Origin: Leidyana gryllorum EB-2025a
Lineage: Eukaryota; Protista; Apicomplexa
Direction: 5' to 3'
Assembly (NCBI GenBank): GCA_048772705.1
Contig: JBLWGC010000206.1
Coordinates: 1-43,667 of the forward strand
Length of the DNA: 43,667 nt
Shown: positions 19,721-30,527 of the stretch, piece after piece
Layout: every line of letters starts with the position of its first letter
How positions within the stretch are numbered: position 1 is the first letter of the stretch
The notes under the pieces: model-generated
What the model saw: the letters and a program-made list of their open reading frames with translations, nothing else
Told to the model about the DNA's origin: nothing
The model's database searches: none
Position numbers and translations under genes: made by a program

Positions 19721-19793
19721 GCAGCCATGGTCTAGTGGTTACGACGTCTGCTTAACACGCAGAAGGTCCCGAGTTCGATCCTCGGTGGCTGTA
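19721..19793 (+). tRNA. tRNA-Val(AAC)
   Basis: intact. Confidence 0.93.
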
Positions 19794-19842
19794 GCTCGCA
19801 ACTTTCAGCGGGCTCACTTTGCACAAACGAAGGCACGCAGGA

Positions 19843-19915
19843 AACGGCTGGAGGGACTCGAACCCTCAACCTTTGCCTTAGGAGGGCAACGCGCTATCCA
19901 TTGCGCCACAACCGC
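19843..19915 (-). tRNA. tRNA-Arg(CCT)
   Basis: same as 8510 copy. Confidence 0.92.
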
Positions 19916-20015
19916 ATTCGGGACGCATCCGACTTTTGAGTTGGACGAAAGCGGGCTGCCCCGAGGTGTCTCCTCTTTCACCCAACCAGTATCCAGATAA
20001 CCGAAGCCTATCCAT

Positions 20016-20088
20016 GGTGCGGTGGCCTAATGGATAGGGCATCGGTCTTCGGAACCGGGAGTTGTGGGTTCGAGTCCCATCCGCATCA
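20016..20088 (+). tRNA. tRNA-Arg(TCG)
   Basis: same as 8337 copy. Confidence 0.92.
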
Positions 20089-20207
20089 TAGCCTCTCACT
20101 CGGAAGACGTTCAGTTTCGACCGAGGCAAGCTTGCTAGCTGTACTCGAGCAAAGTGCTCCACTAATCTCCGTCAGTAGCCATCGTTTCGTTATCTCCAAC
20201 TTACATT

Positions 20208-20279
20208 GCCTTCGAAGCTTAGGGGCAGAGCGTTCGCTTCGTAAGCGAGAAGGCGCCGGCTCGACTCCGGCAGAAGGCT
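20208..20279 (+). pseudogene. tRNA-Thr(CGT), degenerate
   Basis: T8 and T54 lost. Confidence 0.68.
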
Positions 20280-20481
20280 TTGATGCATCGATAGGCTTAT
20301 AAAGAATGGCTGTCACCAGGTACAAGAGTCAACAGGATCGTGTTCTGCATCTGTGGTCTAGTGGAAGAGTCTCTCGCTGCCATCAAGATAACCCGTGTGC
20401 GATTCCAGGCAGATGCAGAGGACATAGCACATGGTTGAGTTTTATGCGTGAGTTGGTGCTGGACCCTCCGATCACATCGCA

Positions 20482-20563
20482 CGACAACTGCTGGATTTGA
20501 ACCAGCGCGGGCCAGGCCCAGTAGATTTCGAGTCTACCCCCTTAACCACTCGGGCAAGTTGCC
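20482..20563 (-). tRNA. tRNA-Ser(CGA)
   Basis: intact. Confidence 0.93.
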
Positions 20564-20798
20564 AACGGTCGAACTCGGCATTCCGCAGACAGTGGCTTCA
20601 CATACGGTTCAGCAAGCTTGACTCGGACCGCTCGCGCTGCCCGAACCCGCGGTCTCTCCATTGAAAGTCTTGCGTGCTACCGACGGAGCTGGCGCGGCAA
20701 GGAAGCTCGGACTTAGTAACAAATTCCTTTCGTATTGGTCGCAGAATCGTGGGGCTTCCTTGGGTCCAGGGCAACTCTTTATCAGAGATCCACTCACT

Positions 20799-20872
20799 TG
20801 GTCACGCCCGGGCTCGAACCGGGGACCTTGAGCTTATTAGGCTCACGCTCTAACCGACTGAGCTACGCGACC
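20799..20872 (-). tRNA. tRNA-Ile(AAT)
   Basis: intact. Confidence 0.93.
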
Positions 20873-21357
20873 ACTTCTGCGACAACAGGTGGCACCGACC
20901 CGGATGCTGGATCCCCTCTGAGCGGGAATCAAACATCAGAGCCATTCAGACAGTGGCGGACAGCTGTAGACGGCGCAGCGCTGGAAGGGCGTCGGCCGAA
21001 TCCCACTCTTGGGAAGAACATGAGGTCTGATTGAGTGATTCGAACACTCGCAGTCAAACGCGCTACGTTCCGCTATAGGCCCAGGATAAGTTCCCGCTCC
21101 AGAGTCATTGGATTGTGGTCAGGAATGCAGATCCAACATCTTCGAGCGTTTCAGGTCATCTTCAAAGCACCCGCAGAGTCCAACCACGGACTTGCGCTGA
21201 TTTGCAGTCGGCTACTAAACCACTGAGCTATTCACCCACGAAGTGTAGGTACCCACAAACTGCCCCTCACAGCCGTTTAACCTAGTTTTGTGATCCCATT
21301 CTTCAGGAGAATGAAGAATGGCCGTTACCGTGTACGAGCTTCAACAAAACATGTCAC

Positions 21358-21428
21358 GCATCTGTGGTCTAGTGATAGAATGTCTCGTTGCCATCGAGAC
21401 GACCCGGGTTCGATTGCCGGCAGATGCA
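21358..21428 (+). tRNA. tRNA-Gly(GCC)
   Basis: 2 changes from consensus. Confidence 0.8.
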
Positions 21429-21501
21429 GAGGAGATAATCCATGGTTGATTTCGCCAATGTTTCACGCCTCATTTAGTGTCTGACCCTCAAGCACATCGC
21501 A

Positions 21502-21583
21502 CGACAACTGTTGGATTTGAACCAGCGCGGGCCAAGCCCAGTAGATTTCGAGTCTACCCCCTTAACCACTCGGGCAAGTTGCC
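21502..21583 (-). tRNA. tRNA-Ser(CGA)
   Basis: near-intact. Confidence 0.87.
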
Positions 21584-21727
21584 AACTGTCGAACTCGGTA
21601 TGCCGCAGACAGTGGCTACGTATACGGCTCTCGCGCATGACAAGCACGCTGCGTGATATGTGGTCTTGGGCTCTTCAAAGGTCGTAACTTCGAGTACTAA
21701 ATACGGTGGGTGCACCCGTACGAAGTT

Positions 21728-21800
21728 TGGACGACCTGGGTATCGATCCCAGTACCTCTCGCATGCGAAGCGAGCGCTCTACCATTTGAGCTAGCCGCCC
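21728..21800 (-). tRNA. tRNA-Ala(CGC)
   Basis: TT-CGC-AT loop, G3:T70. Confidence 0.92.
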
Positions 21801-21896
21801 GTTACGCAGACACGCTAGCGATTAGGGGCCTTGACATACTATGAGGTGTTTCGAAGAGGGTACGGCTCTCGGCCAAAGCTGCGGCTCAGTGACTTG

Positions 21897-21969
21897 TCCA
21901 CTGTAGTCTAAGTGGCTAGGATATGCGGCTCTCACCCGCACGATCCGGGTTCAAGTCCCGGCAGTGGAA
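21897..21969 (+). tRNA. tRNA-Glu(CTC)
   Basis: intact. Confidence 0.93.
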
Positions 21970-22029
21970 CTCCAGCTGAGTGTGCTTGTAGGCAACAGTT
22001 CCATTCTTACTCCCAAGGAAATAGATGCA

Positions 22030-22102
22030 CACCGCCCGCGGGGCTCGAACCCGCGACTGCAAGAGTAAGAGTCTTGCGCTCTACCGACCGAGCTAGGGCG
22101 GC
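22030..22102 (-). tRNA. tRNA-Lys(CTT)
   Basis: 2 loop changes. Confidence 0.82.
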
Positions 22103-22372
22103 AGGAATGCACGGACACAAAACCCGATAGCCCGACATCTTAAGTGGCTTTGGTATCCACCAGCCTCACTTGAAGATGGTCCGGGTCGTCTAGGTGCTTA
22201 CAACAGCAAGTTGTGGCCGTGCATACCCAGGCCCGAATCCTGGCTTGGATAGTATGTCCCCGATGTTTTGAATGGGAGATGTGGGTGAAGTCTGTCCAGA
22301 CCCACCATCGGGCGTCGCTGCCCATGCCCTGTCTTGATCGCTACACACTTCCATTTGACGGCTCCGCTAGTC

Positions 22373-22453
22373 GGCGCTAGCGCCTAATGGATATGGCATA
22401 GGTCTACGGAACCGGGGAACCGGGGATTCTGGGTTCGAGTCCCAGTAGCGTCT
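22373..22453 (+). pseudogene. tRNA-Arg(ACG) with internal 8-nt tandem duplication
   Basis: ggaaccgg repeated. Confidence 0.78.
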
Positions 22454-22553
22454 GGGCGAATGGCCGGTTGCAGCCTGTGGAGTCAACAACTCAGATTCCG
22501 TCTTAGCTGTCCGGGATAGGTCGAGTGCCGTGTTGCGTCAACAACTATCAGAC

Positions 22554-22625
22554 GCGCTGTTCTGGGAATCGAACCCAGCACTCTTTCCACCCTAAGGAAG
22601 GATCATACCACCAGACAAAACAGCC
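22554..22625 (-). pseudogene. tRNA-Pro(AGG), degenerate
   Basis: inverted copy of the 1051 gene with extra changes. Confidence 0.68.
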
Positions 22626-22837
22626 GCCTAGTCGGTGGTTCAACCCGCTGGGTACAGTCGAGAGACTCGTCTCACTATGTGAAGTATCACTCAATGCCAT
22701 GAGGTAGGCACAGAGGGAGGCAAGCCCAGATGATGAAACGGTGCTTAGTATACGGAAGGTTCTGGGATCGATTCCCAGCCCAAAGCTTGCTGAACCGTAT
22801 GTGAAGCCACTGGCCGCAAAATGCCAAGTTCGACAGC

Positions 22838-22919
22838 GGCAACTTGCCCGAGTGGTTAAGGGGGTAGACTAGAAATCTACTGGGCCGGGCCCGCGCTGGT
22901 TCAAAACTAGCAGTTGTCG
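22838..22919 (+). tRNA. tRNA-Ser(AGA)
   Basis: inverted copy of 757-838. Confidence 0.85.
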
Positions 22920-22994
22920 TGCGATGTGGTTGGAGGGTTTAACACCAACTCACGCATGAATTTCTGAATGGTGGAAACGCAACCGTGTGTCCTC

Positions 22995-23065
22995 TGGATC
23001 TGCCGGGAATCGAACCCGCGCCGTCTCGATGGCAACGAGACATTCTACCACTAGACCACAGATGC
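22995..23065 (-). pseudogene. tRNA-Gly(GCC), degenerate
   Basis: acceptor and T-stem changes. Confidence 0.68.
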
Positions 23066-23238
23066 GTGACACCTTGTTGTTGAAGCTCGTACACGGTAAC
23101 GGCCGTTTTCTGAACGAATGGAATGTCCGTGGCGTGTTCAGAGCGTCCGAGATAGCATAGTGGTTACTATTTTCGCATGTCACGCCTAAGAAGCGGGCCC
23201 GATTGCCGGTAAATGAGTCTGGAACGGGGGATGGTTTT

Positions 23239-23310
23239 GGGCCTATGGCGCAACGGTAGCGCGTCTGACTCCAGATCAGAAGGTTGGGTGTTCAAATCAC
23301 TCTGGGCTCA
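23239..23310 (+). tRNA. tRNA-Trp(CCA)
   Basis: intact. Confidence 0.9.
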
Positions 23311-23522
23311 ACCGGACTCTATGTTTTTCCCGTTTGGGGCGCAACCTGACAAAAGTGGGATTCGAACCCACGACCTTTCGGACTCCCGTGTGAGCACAGC
23401 GCCTCAGAGACCACTCGGTCATCTTGCAGGGATGTTGTTGGCTCGCCGCTCCACGCGTTTTCTATCCCTGGAATCTCAAGATGGAAGGACTTTTGGGGTT
23501 TCAGGCCGGTGTGTTCGGAGCG

Positions 23523-23594
23523 TCCGAGATAGTATAGTGGTTAGTATTTCCGCCTGTCACGCGGAAGACCCGGGTTCGATTCCCGGTCTCGGAG
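23523..23594 (+). tRNA. tRNA-Asp(GTC)
   Basis: intact. Confidence 0.93.
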
Positions 23595-23732
23595 CAGTTC
23601 CAGTCCCTCACAACTGCTGCAACTCAGATTTTGTCTCAGCTGGTCTGGACTTCATCCGGGATTGTACGAGTGGGAGCCGCGTATAGAAGCCGACCTTGGA
23701 GAGACGTGGCATTGAGTCAACAACTATCAGAC

Positions 23733-23804
23733 GGGCTGTTCTGGGAATCGAACCCAGGACTTCTTCCACCCGAAGGAAGAATCATATAACTAGACCAAAC
23801 AGCC
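23733..23804 (-). tRNA. tRNA-Pro(CGG), D-loop changes
   Basis: Pro body. Confidence 0.75.
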
Positions 23805-23934
23805 CCCTATGAGTGCCTCAGGTACTGGCAGGTTCCAAACCTGCGACTTCGTGGCTGAGAGACTTACCTCTGATGGCTGAGCTACGATTATTGGAGTTTG
23901 CGAGCAGCTTGCCGGTGCCCAGTCGATGCAGTCG

Positions 23935-24006
23935 AGCCTTCAGCCGGAATCGAACCGGCGACTTCTCGCTTACGAAGCGAACGCTCTGCCCCTAAACTAA
24001 GAAGGC
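23935..24006 (-). tRNA. tRNA-Thr(CGT)
   Basis: TT-CGT-AA loop. Confidence 0.8.
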
Positions 24007-24082
24007 AATGGAAGCCGGAGATGACGAAACAATCGCTATTGACGGAGATTAGTGGAGCACTTTGCTAGAGTAGTTCAATGAC

Positions 24083-24155
24083 TTCCACTGCCGGGACTTG
24101 AACCGGGATCGTGCGGGTGAAAGTCGCATATCCTAGCCACTTAGACTACAGTGGA
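24083..24155 (-). tRNA. tRNA-Glu(TTC), diverged
   Basis: Glu body. Confidence 0.75.
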
Positions 24156-24618
24156 CGAGTGGTTGAGTTGGGGCTTCGGCCGAGAGCCGTACCGTCTTGG
24201 AAAACATGGTATGTCGGCGTGATCAAGTGAGTGGATCTCTGATACAGATTCGGACTTCGTAACCAATTCCATTTGTATTGATCGTGGAATCTTGGGCCTT
24301 CCTCGGGTACGGGGCGAGCTTCCTTGCCGCCCCAACTCCGTCAGTAGAGCGCAAGACTTTTGAAGGGAGATCCGCGGGTTCGGGCGGCGCGAGCAGTCCT
24401 AGTAAAGCTCGCTGAACCGTATGTGAAGCCACTGGCCGCAAAATGCCAAGTTCGACAGCGGCAACTTGCCCAAGTGGTTAAGGGGAGAAGATTTGATCTC
24501 TACAGGGCCTGGGCCGGGCTGGTGCAGATCCAGCAGTTGTCGTGCGATGTGATCGGAGGGGTCAGACACCAACTCAAGCGTGAATCCCTGGAATGGTGGG
24601 AAAACCAACTGTGTCTTC

Positions 24619-24689
24619 TGCATCTGCCGGGAATCGAACCCGGGTCGTCTCGATGGCAACGAGACATTCTACCACTAGACCACAGATGC
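24619..24689 (-). tRNA. tRNA-Gly(GCC)
   Basis: intact. Confidence 0.93.
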
Positions 24690-24809
24690 ATAATATCTTG
24701 TTGAGCTAGTCGCCCGCTGTGCAGACCTCATAGCATTCCGTGGTTTTCGCCCCTCATCAGACACCTGTTTCCAAAGACACACGCCCCTTTCACAGTCCGA
24801 AAGCTCCGC

Positions 24810-24882
24810 GCAGCCATGGTCTAGTGGTTACGACGTCTGCTTCACACGCAGAAGGTCCCGAGTTCGATCCTCGGTGTCTGTA
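24810..24882 (+). tRNA. tRNA-Val(CAC)
   Basis: one acceptor mismatch. Confidence 0.85.
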
Positions 24883-25021
24883 GCTCGCAACTTTCACTGA
24901 GCACCACGAAATCTGAAGCGGAAAAACTAAGTGTCTCCAAGACCGGGAATCGTACCCGGGTCCTCCCTTCTCGACACTTCACGAAAAGAAAACGTGTCAA
25001 GTGGCGAGCCAAGAACACTCC

Positions 25022-25101
25022 GGCATGATGGCCGAGTGGTCTAAGGCGCTGTGTTAAGGCCGCAGTTCGAAAGGGCGTGGGTTCGAATCCCACTCTTGTC
25101 A
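25022..25101 (+). tRNA. tRNA-Leu(AAG)
   Basis: Leu body, 2 changes. Confidence 0.83.
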
Positions 25102-25147
25102 ACCGTTGCATTGTCATCCGATTCCCCCTCCGACACTTGCCTCCTTA

Positions 25148-25228
25148 TGCGAGAAGTGGGGTTCGAACCCACGCGGAATTAACCAGTGGATCTTAAGGCC
25201 ACCCCCTTAACCTCTCGGGCATTCTCGC
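25148..25228 (-). tRNA. tRNA-Leu(TAA)
   Basis: type II, TAA anticodon. Confidence 0.87.
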
Positions 25229-25687
25229 AATGCAGCATCGAAATAAGTAGTCTGGGGTTCCTGCGGGTAGCCAGTGCCGACCACGTCAGTGGGGTCTGAA
25301 CACAGCGCCTTGCCCACTAGGGCATCTTGCCACATTCTGGTAGGCGCAAGTCTGCATGGGTGCGAATCCCATTCTGTGCAACGGTACTCATTCCAGGGCG
25401 GAATTGGCCATTACATCGTGGATCCCCCTAACATTCGGCTGTTCGGCCTAGTGGTATGATCCTTCCTTAGGGGGTGGAAGGAGTCTTGGGTTCGATTCCT
25501 AAAACAGCCTTTTTGCTAGCCGCTGACGAGGGTCTAGGAGAGTTATACACGCATCCCCTGTCTCAAATACGATAACGAGTCTTTCGAACTCCGCCTACCA
25601 CGTCACTCGACAGCTGCTAGATTCGAACCAGTGGGGCCAGGCGATACTGACGACTCAGGTGTTTAAGACAGTGAGGCTGTGGGTTGT

Positions 25688-25760
25688 GCGGTGGTGGCGC
25701 AATGGATAGCGTGTTGCCCTCCGGAGGCAAAGGTTGTGGGTTCGAGTCCCGCCCACCGTT
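25688..25760 (+). tRNA. tRNA-Arg(CCG)
   Basis: intact. Confidence 0.92.
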
Positions 25761-26457
25761 CTCGTGGTCCCGCTCAACCGTGGAATCGAGAAGAGTGGCT
25801 GCCATTCGCAGCCATGCAGACTTGCGCCATCCAAACTCAAGTTTGGCACCGCAGGCCACCGCGATCTGTGCCGCAGTGTTGAGCTTGAGGGCTCGAAGTG
25901 CCACTGTTGAGGAACCGAGGCTGGAAAAGTTCGCTTGGGTTTAGCGGATAGGCGGCTATCACAAGTGCCAGAGAGGTGACTTTGCAGGCCAAATGTGCGG
26001 GGGTCGATACCAGGTCGAGGAGCTCTCGAAGAAAACACGCCTGTGAATCATTCCTATAAGTGTGTCCCCCTGCGGGCGCTCACCAGTGCGTCGTTTCGAT
26101 CGACGGAACTTTGGGTCATGAGCCCAACACTCTCCTCGTGTCTCTGTGAGTGCTACAGCCTCTGTCGATCTTTCGACTGCACTTGTGGTCTGACGGCAAA
26201 ATGCGACCGTGCTGAGGTCGTAACGCGGACTGAGTTCCCGCAGGTGCAGCCGTATGCAAGTTGGAGGACCTGTCTATCGTTCTCATCTGGCATGTCAATG
26301 AGCACTCTACCCTTTGAGCTAGCGGTCTCCAACTTAGAAGAGCTATTGCATGCCCTGCTTGATGAGTGGACGATTGCCTGTTGAGAATCTGCGGAACGCT
26401 GCTGGCAAGCTGGAGTCGCACGGCTGTGAGGGATGACACCAAATATCACAACCTCTC

Positions 26458-26530
26458 TGCCTCGGCCGTGGATCGAACACGGGACTTCCAGATCTTCAGT
26501 CTGGCGCTCTCCCAACTGAGCTACCGAGGC
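26458..26530 (-). tRNA. tRNA-Phe(GAA)
   Basis: intact. Confidence 0.93.
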
Positions 26531-26825
26531 GGTAGGTTCACGGAAGGCGGTGAAGATGAGCACCTACCGCGGCCGTATGTGGGGCCACTGCCCGCTCAAA
26601 ATGCGAGGACTTCTGGGGTTGGAGGCCGGCGTGTTTACTAGCGTCCGAGATAGTATAGTGGTCAGTATTCCGCCTTCACGCGGGAGACCCGGGTTCGATT
26701 CCCGGTCTTGGAGCAGTTCCAGCCCTCACAACTGCTGCATCTCAGATTTTGCCTCAGCTGGTTTGGACTTCATCCGGGATGGTGGAGTTTGCGAGCAGCT
26801 TGCAGGTGCCCAGTCGATGCAGTCG

Positions 26826-26896
26826 AGCCTTCTGCCCGAATCGAACCGGCGACCTTTCACTTACTAAGCGAATGCTCTGCCCCAAGCTAAGAAGGC
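26826..26896 (-). pseudogene. tRNA-Thr(AGT), degenerate
   Basis: 1-nt deletion plus substitutions. Confidence 0.68.
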
Positions 26897-27024
26897 AATG
26901 TCAACTGGACATCACGAATGAGTCCCTATTGACGGAAGTTACTGAAGCACATTGTTCCACCACTTAATACTTCCACTGCTCCACCCACCGGCAAATAGGG
27001 TGTAACTAAGTTTAGAGCTTCCTT

Positions 27025-27097
27025 GCCGCCCTAGCTCAGTCGGTAGAGCGCAAGACTCTTAATCTTGCAGTCGCGGGTTCGAGCCCCGCGGGCGGTG
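27025..27097 (+). tRNA. tRNA-Lys(CTT)
   Basis: intact. Confidence 0.93.
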
Positions 27098-27146
27098 CAA
27101 ATCAATGTCTCTGGAAGCCGTTACCTACAACCACACTCTGCTGGAT

Positions 27147-27219
27147 TTCCACTGGCGGGACTTGAACCCGGATCGTGCGGGTGAAAGCCGCATATCCTAG
27201 CCACTTAGACTACAGTGGA
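27147..27219 (-). tRNA. tRNA-Glu(TTC)
   Basis: one T-stem change. Confidence 0.87.
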
Positions 27220-27336
27220 CAACTCCCTCAGCTGCAGCTTTAGCCGAGAGCCGTACCCTCTTGACAAGACGTGGTTGCAGAATCCTGTTGTAGAAAAAGG
27301 AGGATCTCTATACTAACCTCTGAACCATTGTAGCTG

Positions 27337-27409
27337 GGTCTTGTAGCTCAGTCGGCAGAGCGTGTGGCTGTTAACCACAAAGTCGCAGGTTCGAAACCTG
27401 CCAGGACCG
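27337..27409 (+). tRNA. tRNA-Asn(GTT)
   Basis: intact. Confidence 0.93.
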
Positions 27410-27524
27410 GTTTCAGAGGCACACTAAACACTGAGTGCGCTGGTGTGCCAATGGCACTTGTGGTCTGCGACCCTTCAAACATGGAAGTTTGTTTGGATCC
27501 CGCCACGTGCAGCTGTACGTACTT

Positions 27525-27597
27525 TGGACGACCTGGGTATCGATCCCAGTACCTCTCGCATGCGAAGCGAGCGCTCTACCATTTGAGCTAGTCGCCC
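27525..27597 (-). tRNA. tRNA-Ala(CGC)
   Basis: intact. Confidence 0.92.
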
Positions 27598-27833
27598 GTG
27601 GTGCAGACCCCATCGCATTTGTTGGTTCTCAACATAGGATGACCACTTTTTAAACTGTCTTCAGCGGGTTGCACGAACGACAGGCGGCTGTTTGGTGTAG
27701 TGGTATGATACCTCCGTCGGGTGGAAGAAGTCCTAGGTTCCATTCCCAGAACAGCCCGCTTTGTTGTATCTTGACCCAACCTGCCTGGCACCATGGTTCT
27801 GGGTTCAGGTGATTCCTCGGAGAAAGTCGGAGG

Positions 27834-27906
27834 GGGAGTGTAGCGCAGTCGGTAGCGCGTAGGTCTCATAATCCTGAAGTCGAGAGTTCGATCCTCTCCA
27901 CTCCCA
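27834..27906 (+). tRNA. tRNA-Met(CAT), elongator
   Basis: intact, intronless. Confidence 0.93.
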
Positions 27907-28080
27907 CGGTCAGAATCGAAACCGCCGACAAACTCATCATGCTACCATTTTGCAGTCGGGAATCGCACACAGGTTATCTCGATGGCAGCGAGCGACTCTT
28001 CCACTAGACCACAGATGCAGAACACGATCTTGTGAATCTTCTACGTGGCGACAGTCCTCTTAAGCCTATCGATGCAACAA

Positions 28081-28152
28081 AGCCTTCTGCCGGAATCGAA
28101 CCGGCGACTTCTCGCTTACGAAGCGAACGCTCTGCCCCTAAGCTAAGAAGGC
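28081..28152 (-). tRNA. tRNA-Thr(CGT)
   Basis: intact. Confidence 0.92.
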
Positions 28153-28228
28153 AATGTAAGTTGGAGATAACGAAACGATGGCTACTGACGGAGATTAGTG
28201 GAGCACTTTGCTCGAGTACTTCAATGAC

Positions 28229-28301
28229 TTCCACTGCCGGGACTTGAATCCGGATCGTCCGGGTGAAAGCCGCATATCCTAGCCACTTAGACTACAGTGG
28301 A
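28229..28301 (-). tRNA. tRNA-Glu(TTC), diverged
   Basis: 2 stem changes. Confidence 0.75.
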
Positions 28302-28521
28302 CGAGTCACAACAGTTGCACTGACGAATGAGGCGCCAGAAAACTGTGATCGATCTCAGGTGGGAAATTCACCTAGGTTTGGCGGGTGGGCAGCTACTCAA
28401 GTGGTAGAGCGGTGACTCTGCACGCGAGAGGTGAGTTTAGACTACGGGCGTGTTGGGTGTGTTCATTTGAGAAAGTGCTAGTCCGGATAATTCTACCGAC
28501 TCTTCTGGGATGGGCTGAAGC

Positions 28522-28583
28522 GGTTGCGTGGTGTAGTGGTTAGCGCTGGAGACTCTGAATCTCCCGACCTGGGTTCGATTCGG
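28522..28583 (+). pseudogene. tRNA-Gln(CTG), 3' truncated
   Basis: 3' acceptor strand deleted. Confidence 0.75.
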
Positions 28584-28762
28584 CCCTCACTACTCCCTGA
28601 ATTTTCGCCATCTCTTGATCTGCGGGGACCATTCGTGCAGCAACGGTCTAGTGGTAACGACGTCTGGTTAACACGCAGAAGGTCCCGAGTTCAATCATCG
28701 GTGGCTGTAACTCGCGTTTGTCAGGCGAGCACCACGAAATCTAAAGCGGAAGAACGCAGTGT

Positions 28763-28834
28763 CTCCGAGACCGGTAATCGAACCCGGGTCTTCCGAGTGA
28801 CAGGCGGAAATACTAAGCACTATACTATCTCGGA
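28763..28834 (-). tRNA. tRNA-Asp(GTC), diverged
   Basis: 3 changes. Confidence 0.7.
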
Positions 28835-28929
28835 CGCTCGTGGATACCCCGGCCTTCAACCCCAAAAGTCCTCCCTTCTCGAGACTTCACGGACAGAAAG
28901 CGTGTAAAGTGGCGAGCCAAGGGCACTCC

Positions 28930-29009
28930 GGCAAGATGGCCGAGTGGTCCAAGGCGCTGTTTTAAGGCCGCAGTCCGAAAGGGCGTGGGTGCGAATCCCA
29001 CTCTTGTCA
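28930..29009 (+). tRNA. tRNA-Leu(AAG), diverged
   Basis: T-loop and anticodon-stem changes. Confidence 0.72.
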
Positions 29010-29058
29010 GCCGTTGTATCGGCCCTCGGTCAGCCACTGGATGCAATGGGTCTTCCAT

Positions 29059-29364
29059 TGGTTTGATAGGCGGAACATCCGCCGAATCGCTGGTTCCGTC
29101 CCCAGTTGGATGCATTGGGTCCATAATCTATACTGATGGCTAATCTGGGTATTCTGAAGTTGGGTTTTGGTCTGGTAAGTGCCCGTAATTGAAATAGTTG
29201 TATTGGAATGTAATGAAAAATGAATAATGAAAACGTGTGTGTCGTGCTCGTGTCTCCCTTAACCAGGCTGGCACGTAGATCTAGCTTAACCTAAAGGCCT
29301 TAGGCCGTCATTGACTCTGGGGCTTAACTGAAAGAATGCAGATCAGGTTCAAAATGACGCATCA
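29059..29364. mobile_element. Putative solo LTR (306 bp, TG...CA) with 5-bp TSD TCCAT
   Basis: unique sequence with AT-rich core; TCCAT at 29054-29058 and 29365-29369; paralogous sites near 11800 and 40485 have a single TCCAT. Confidence 0.7.
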
Positions 29365-29388
29365 TCCATGTAGAGCGGATGAGCGGAT

Positions 29389-29461
29389 GGGCGGCTAGCT
29401 CAGATGGTAGAGCGCTCGCTTCGCATGCGAGAGGTACTGGGATCGATACCCAGGTCGTCCA
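29389..29461 (+). tRNA. tRNA-Ala(CGC)
   Basis: intact. Confidence 0.92.
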
Positions 29462-29575
29462 AAGTACGTACGGCTGCACGTGGCGGGATCCAAACAAACT
29501 TCCATCTTTGAAGGTCGCAGACCACAAGTGCCATTGGCACACCAGCGCACTCAGTGTTTAGTGTGCCTCTGAAAC

Positions 29576-29648
29576 CGGTCCTGGCAGGTTTCGAACCTGC
29601 GACTTTGTGGTTAACAGCCACACGCTCTGCCGACTGAGCGACAAGACC
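29576..29648 (-). tRNA. tRNA-Asn(GTT)
   Basis: mirror of 27337. Confidence 0.87.
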
Positions 29649-29765
29649 CGGCTACAATGGTTCAGAGGTTAGTATAGAGATCCTCCTTTTTCTACAACAG
29701 GATTCTGCAACCACGTCTTGTCAAGAGGGTACGGCTCTCGGCTAAAGCTGCAGCTGAGGGAGTTG

Positions 29766-29838
29766 TCCACTGTAGTCTAAGTGGCTAGGATATGCGGCTT
29801 TCACCCGCACGATCCGGGTTCAAGTCCCGGCAGTGGAA
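29766..29838 (+). tRNA. tRNA-Glu(TTC)
   Basis: intact. Confidence 0.92.
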
Positions 29839-29887
29839 ATCCAGCAGAGTGTGGTTGTAGGTAACGGCTTCCAGAGACATTGATTTG

Positions 29888-29960
29888 CACCGCCCGCGGG
29901 GCTCGAACCCGCGACTGCAAGATTAAGAGTCTTGCGCTCTACCGACTGAGCTAGGGCGGC
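29888..29960 (-). tRNA. tRNA-Lys(CTT)
   Basis: intact. Confidence 0.92.
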
Positions 29961-30088
29961 AAGGAAGCTCTAAACTTAGTTACACCCTATTTGCCGGTGG
30001 GTGGAGCAGTGGAAGTATTAAGTGGTGGAACAATGTGCTTCAGTAACTTCCGTCAATAGGGACTCATTCGTGATGTCCAGTTGACATT

Positions 30089-30159
30089 GCCTTCTTAGCT
30101 TGGGGCAGAGCATTCGCTTAGTAAGTGAAAGGTCGCCGGTTCGATTCGGGCAGAAGGCT
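30089..30159 (+). pseudogene. tRNA-Thr(AGT), degenerate
   Basis: mirror of 26826. Confidence 0.68.
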
Positions 30160-30454
30160 CGACTGCATCGACTGGGCACCTGCAAGCTGCTCGCAAACTC
30201 CACCATCCCGGATGAAGTCCAAACCAGCTGAGGCAAAATCTGAGATGCAGCAGTTGTGAGGGCTGGAACTGCTCCAAGACCGGGAATCGAACCCGGGTCT
30301 CCCGCGTGAAGGCGGAATACTGACCACTATACTATCTCGGACGCTAGTAAACACGCCGGCCTCCAACCCCAGAAGTCCTCGCATTTTGAGCGGGCAGTGG
30401 CCCCACATACGGCCGCGGTAGGTGCTCATCTTCACCGCCTTCCGTGAACCTACC

Positions 30455-30527
30455 GCCTCGGTAGCTCAGTTGGGAGAGCGCCAGACTGAAGATCTGGAAG
30501 TCCCGTGTTCGATCCACGGCCGAGGCA
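30455..30527 (+). tRNA. tRNA-Phe(GAA)
   Basis: intact. Confidence 0.93.

Larger units (their letters stand above)
19815..20143 (-). repeat. Inverted copy of about 8283-8612 (Arg-TCG/Arg-CCT pair)
   Basis: coordinates sum to 28425, near-identical. Confidence 0.9.
22140..23678 (-). repeat. Inverted copy of about 1-1500
   Basis: gene coordinates pair to sums of 23676-23678. Confidence 0.92.
24208..24950 (+). repeat. Direct copy of about 17481-18225
   Basis: offset about 6726, shared damaged Ser allele. Confidence 0.9.
24810..27597 (+). repeat. Left arm of near-perfect 2.8-kb inverted repeat
   Basis: mirrors 29389-32175; paired coordinates sum to 56985, also seen in the mirrored ORF track. 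Confidence 0.95.
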
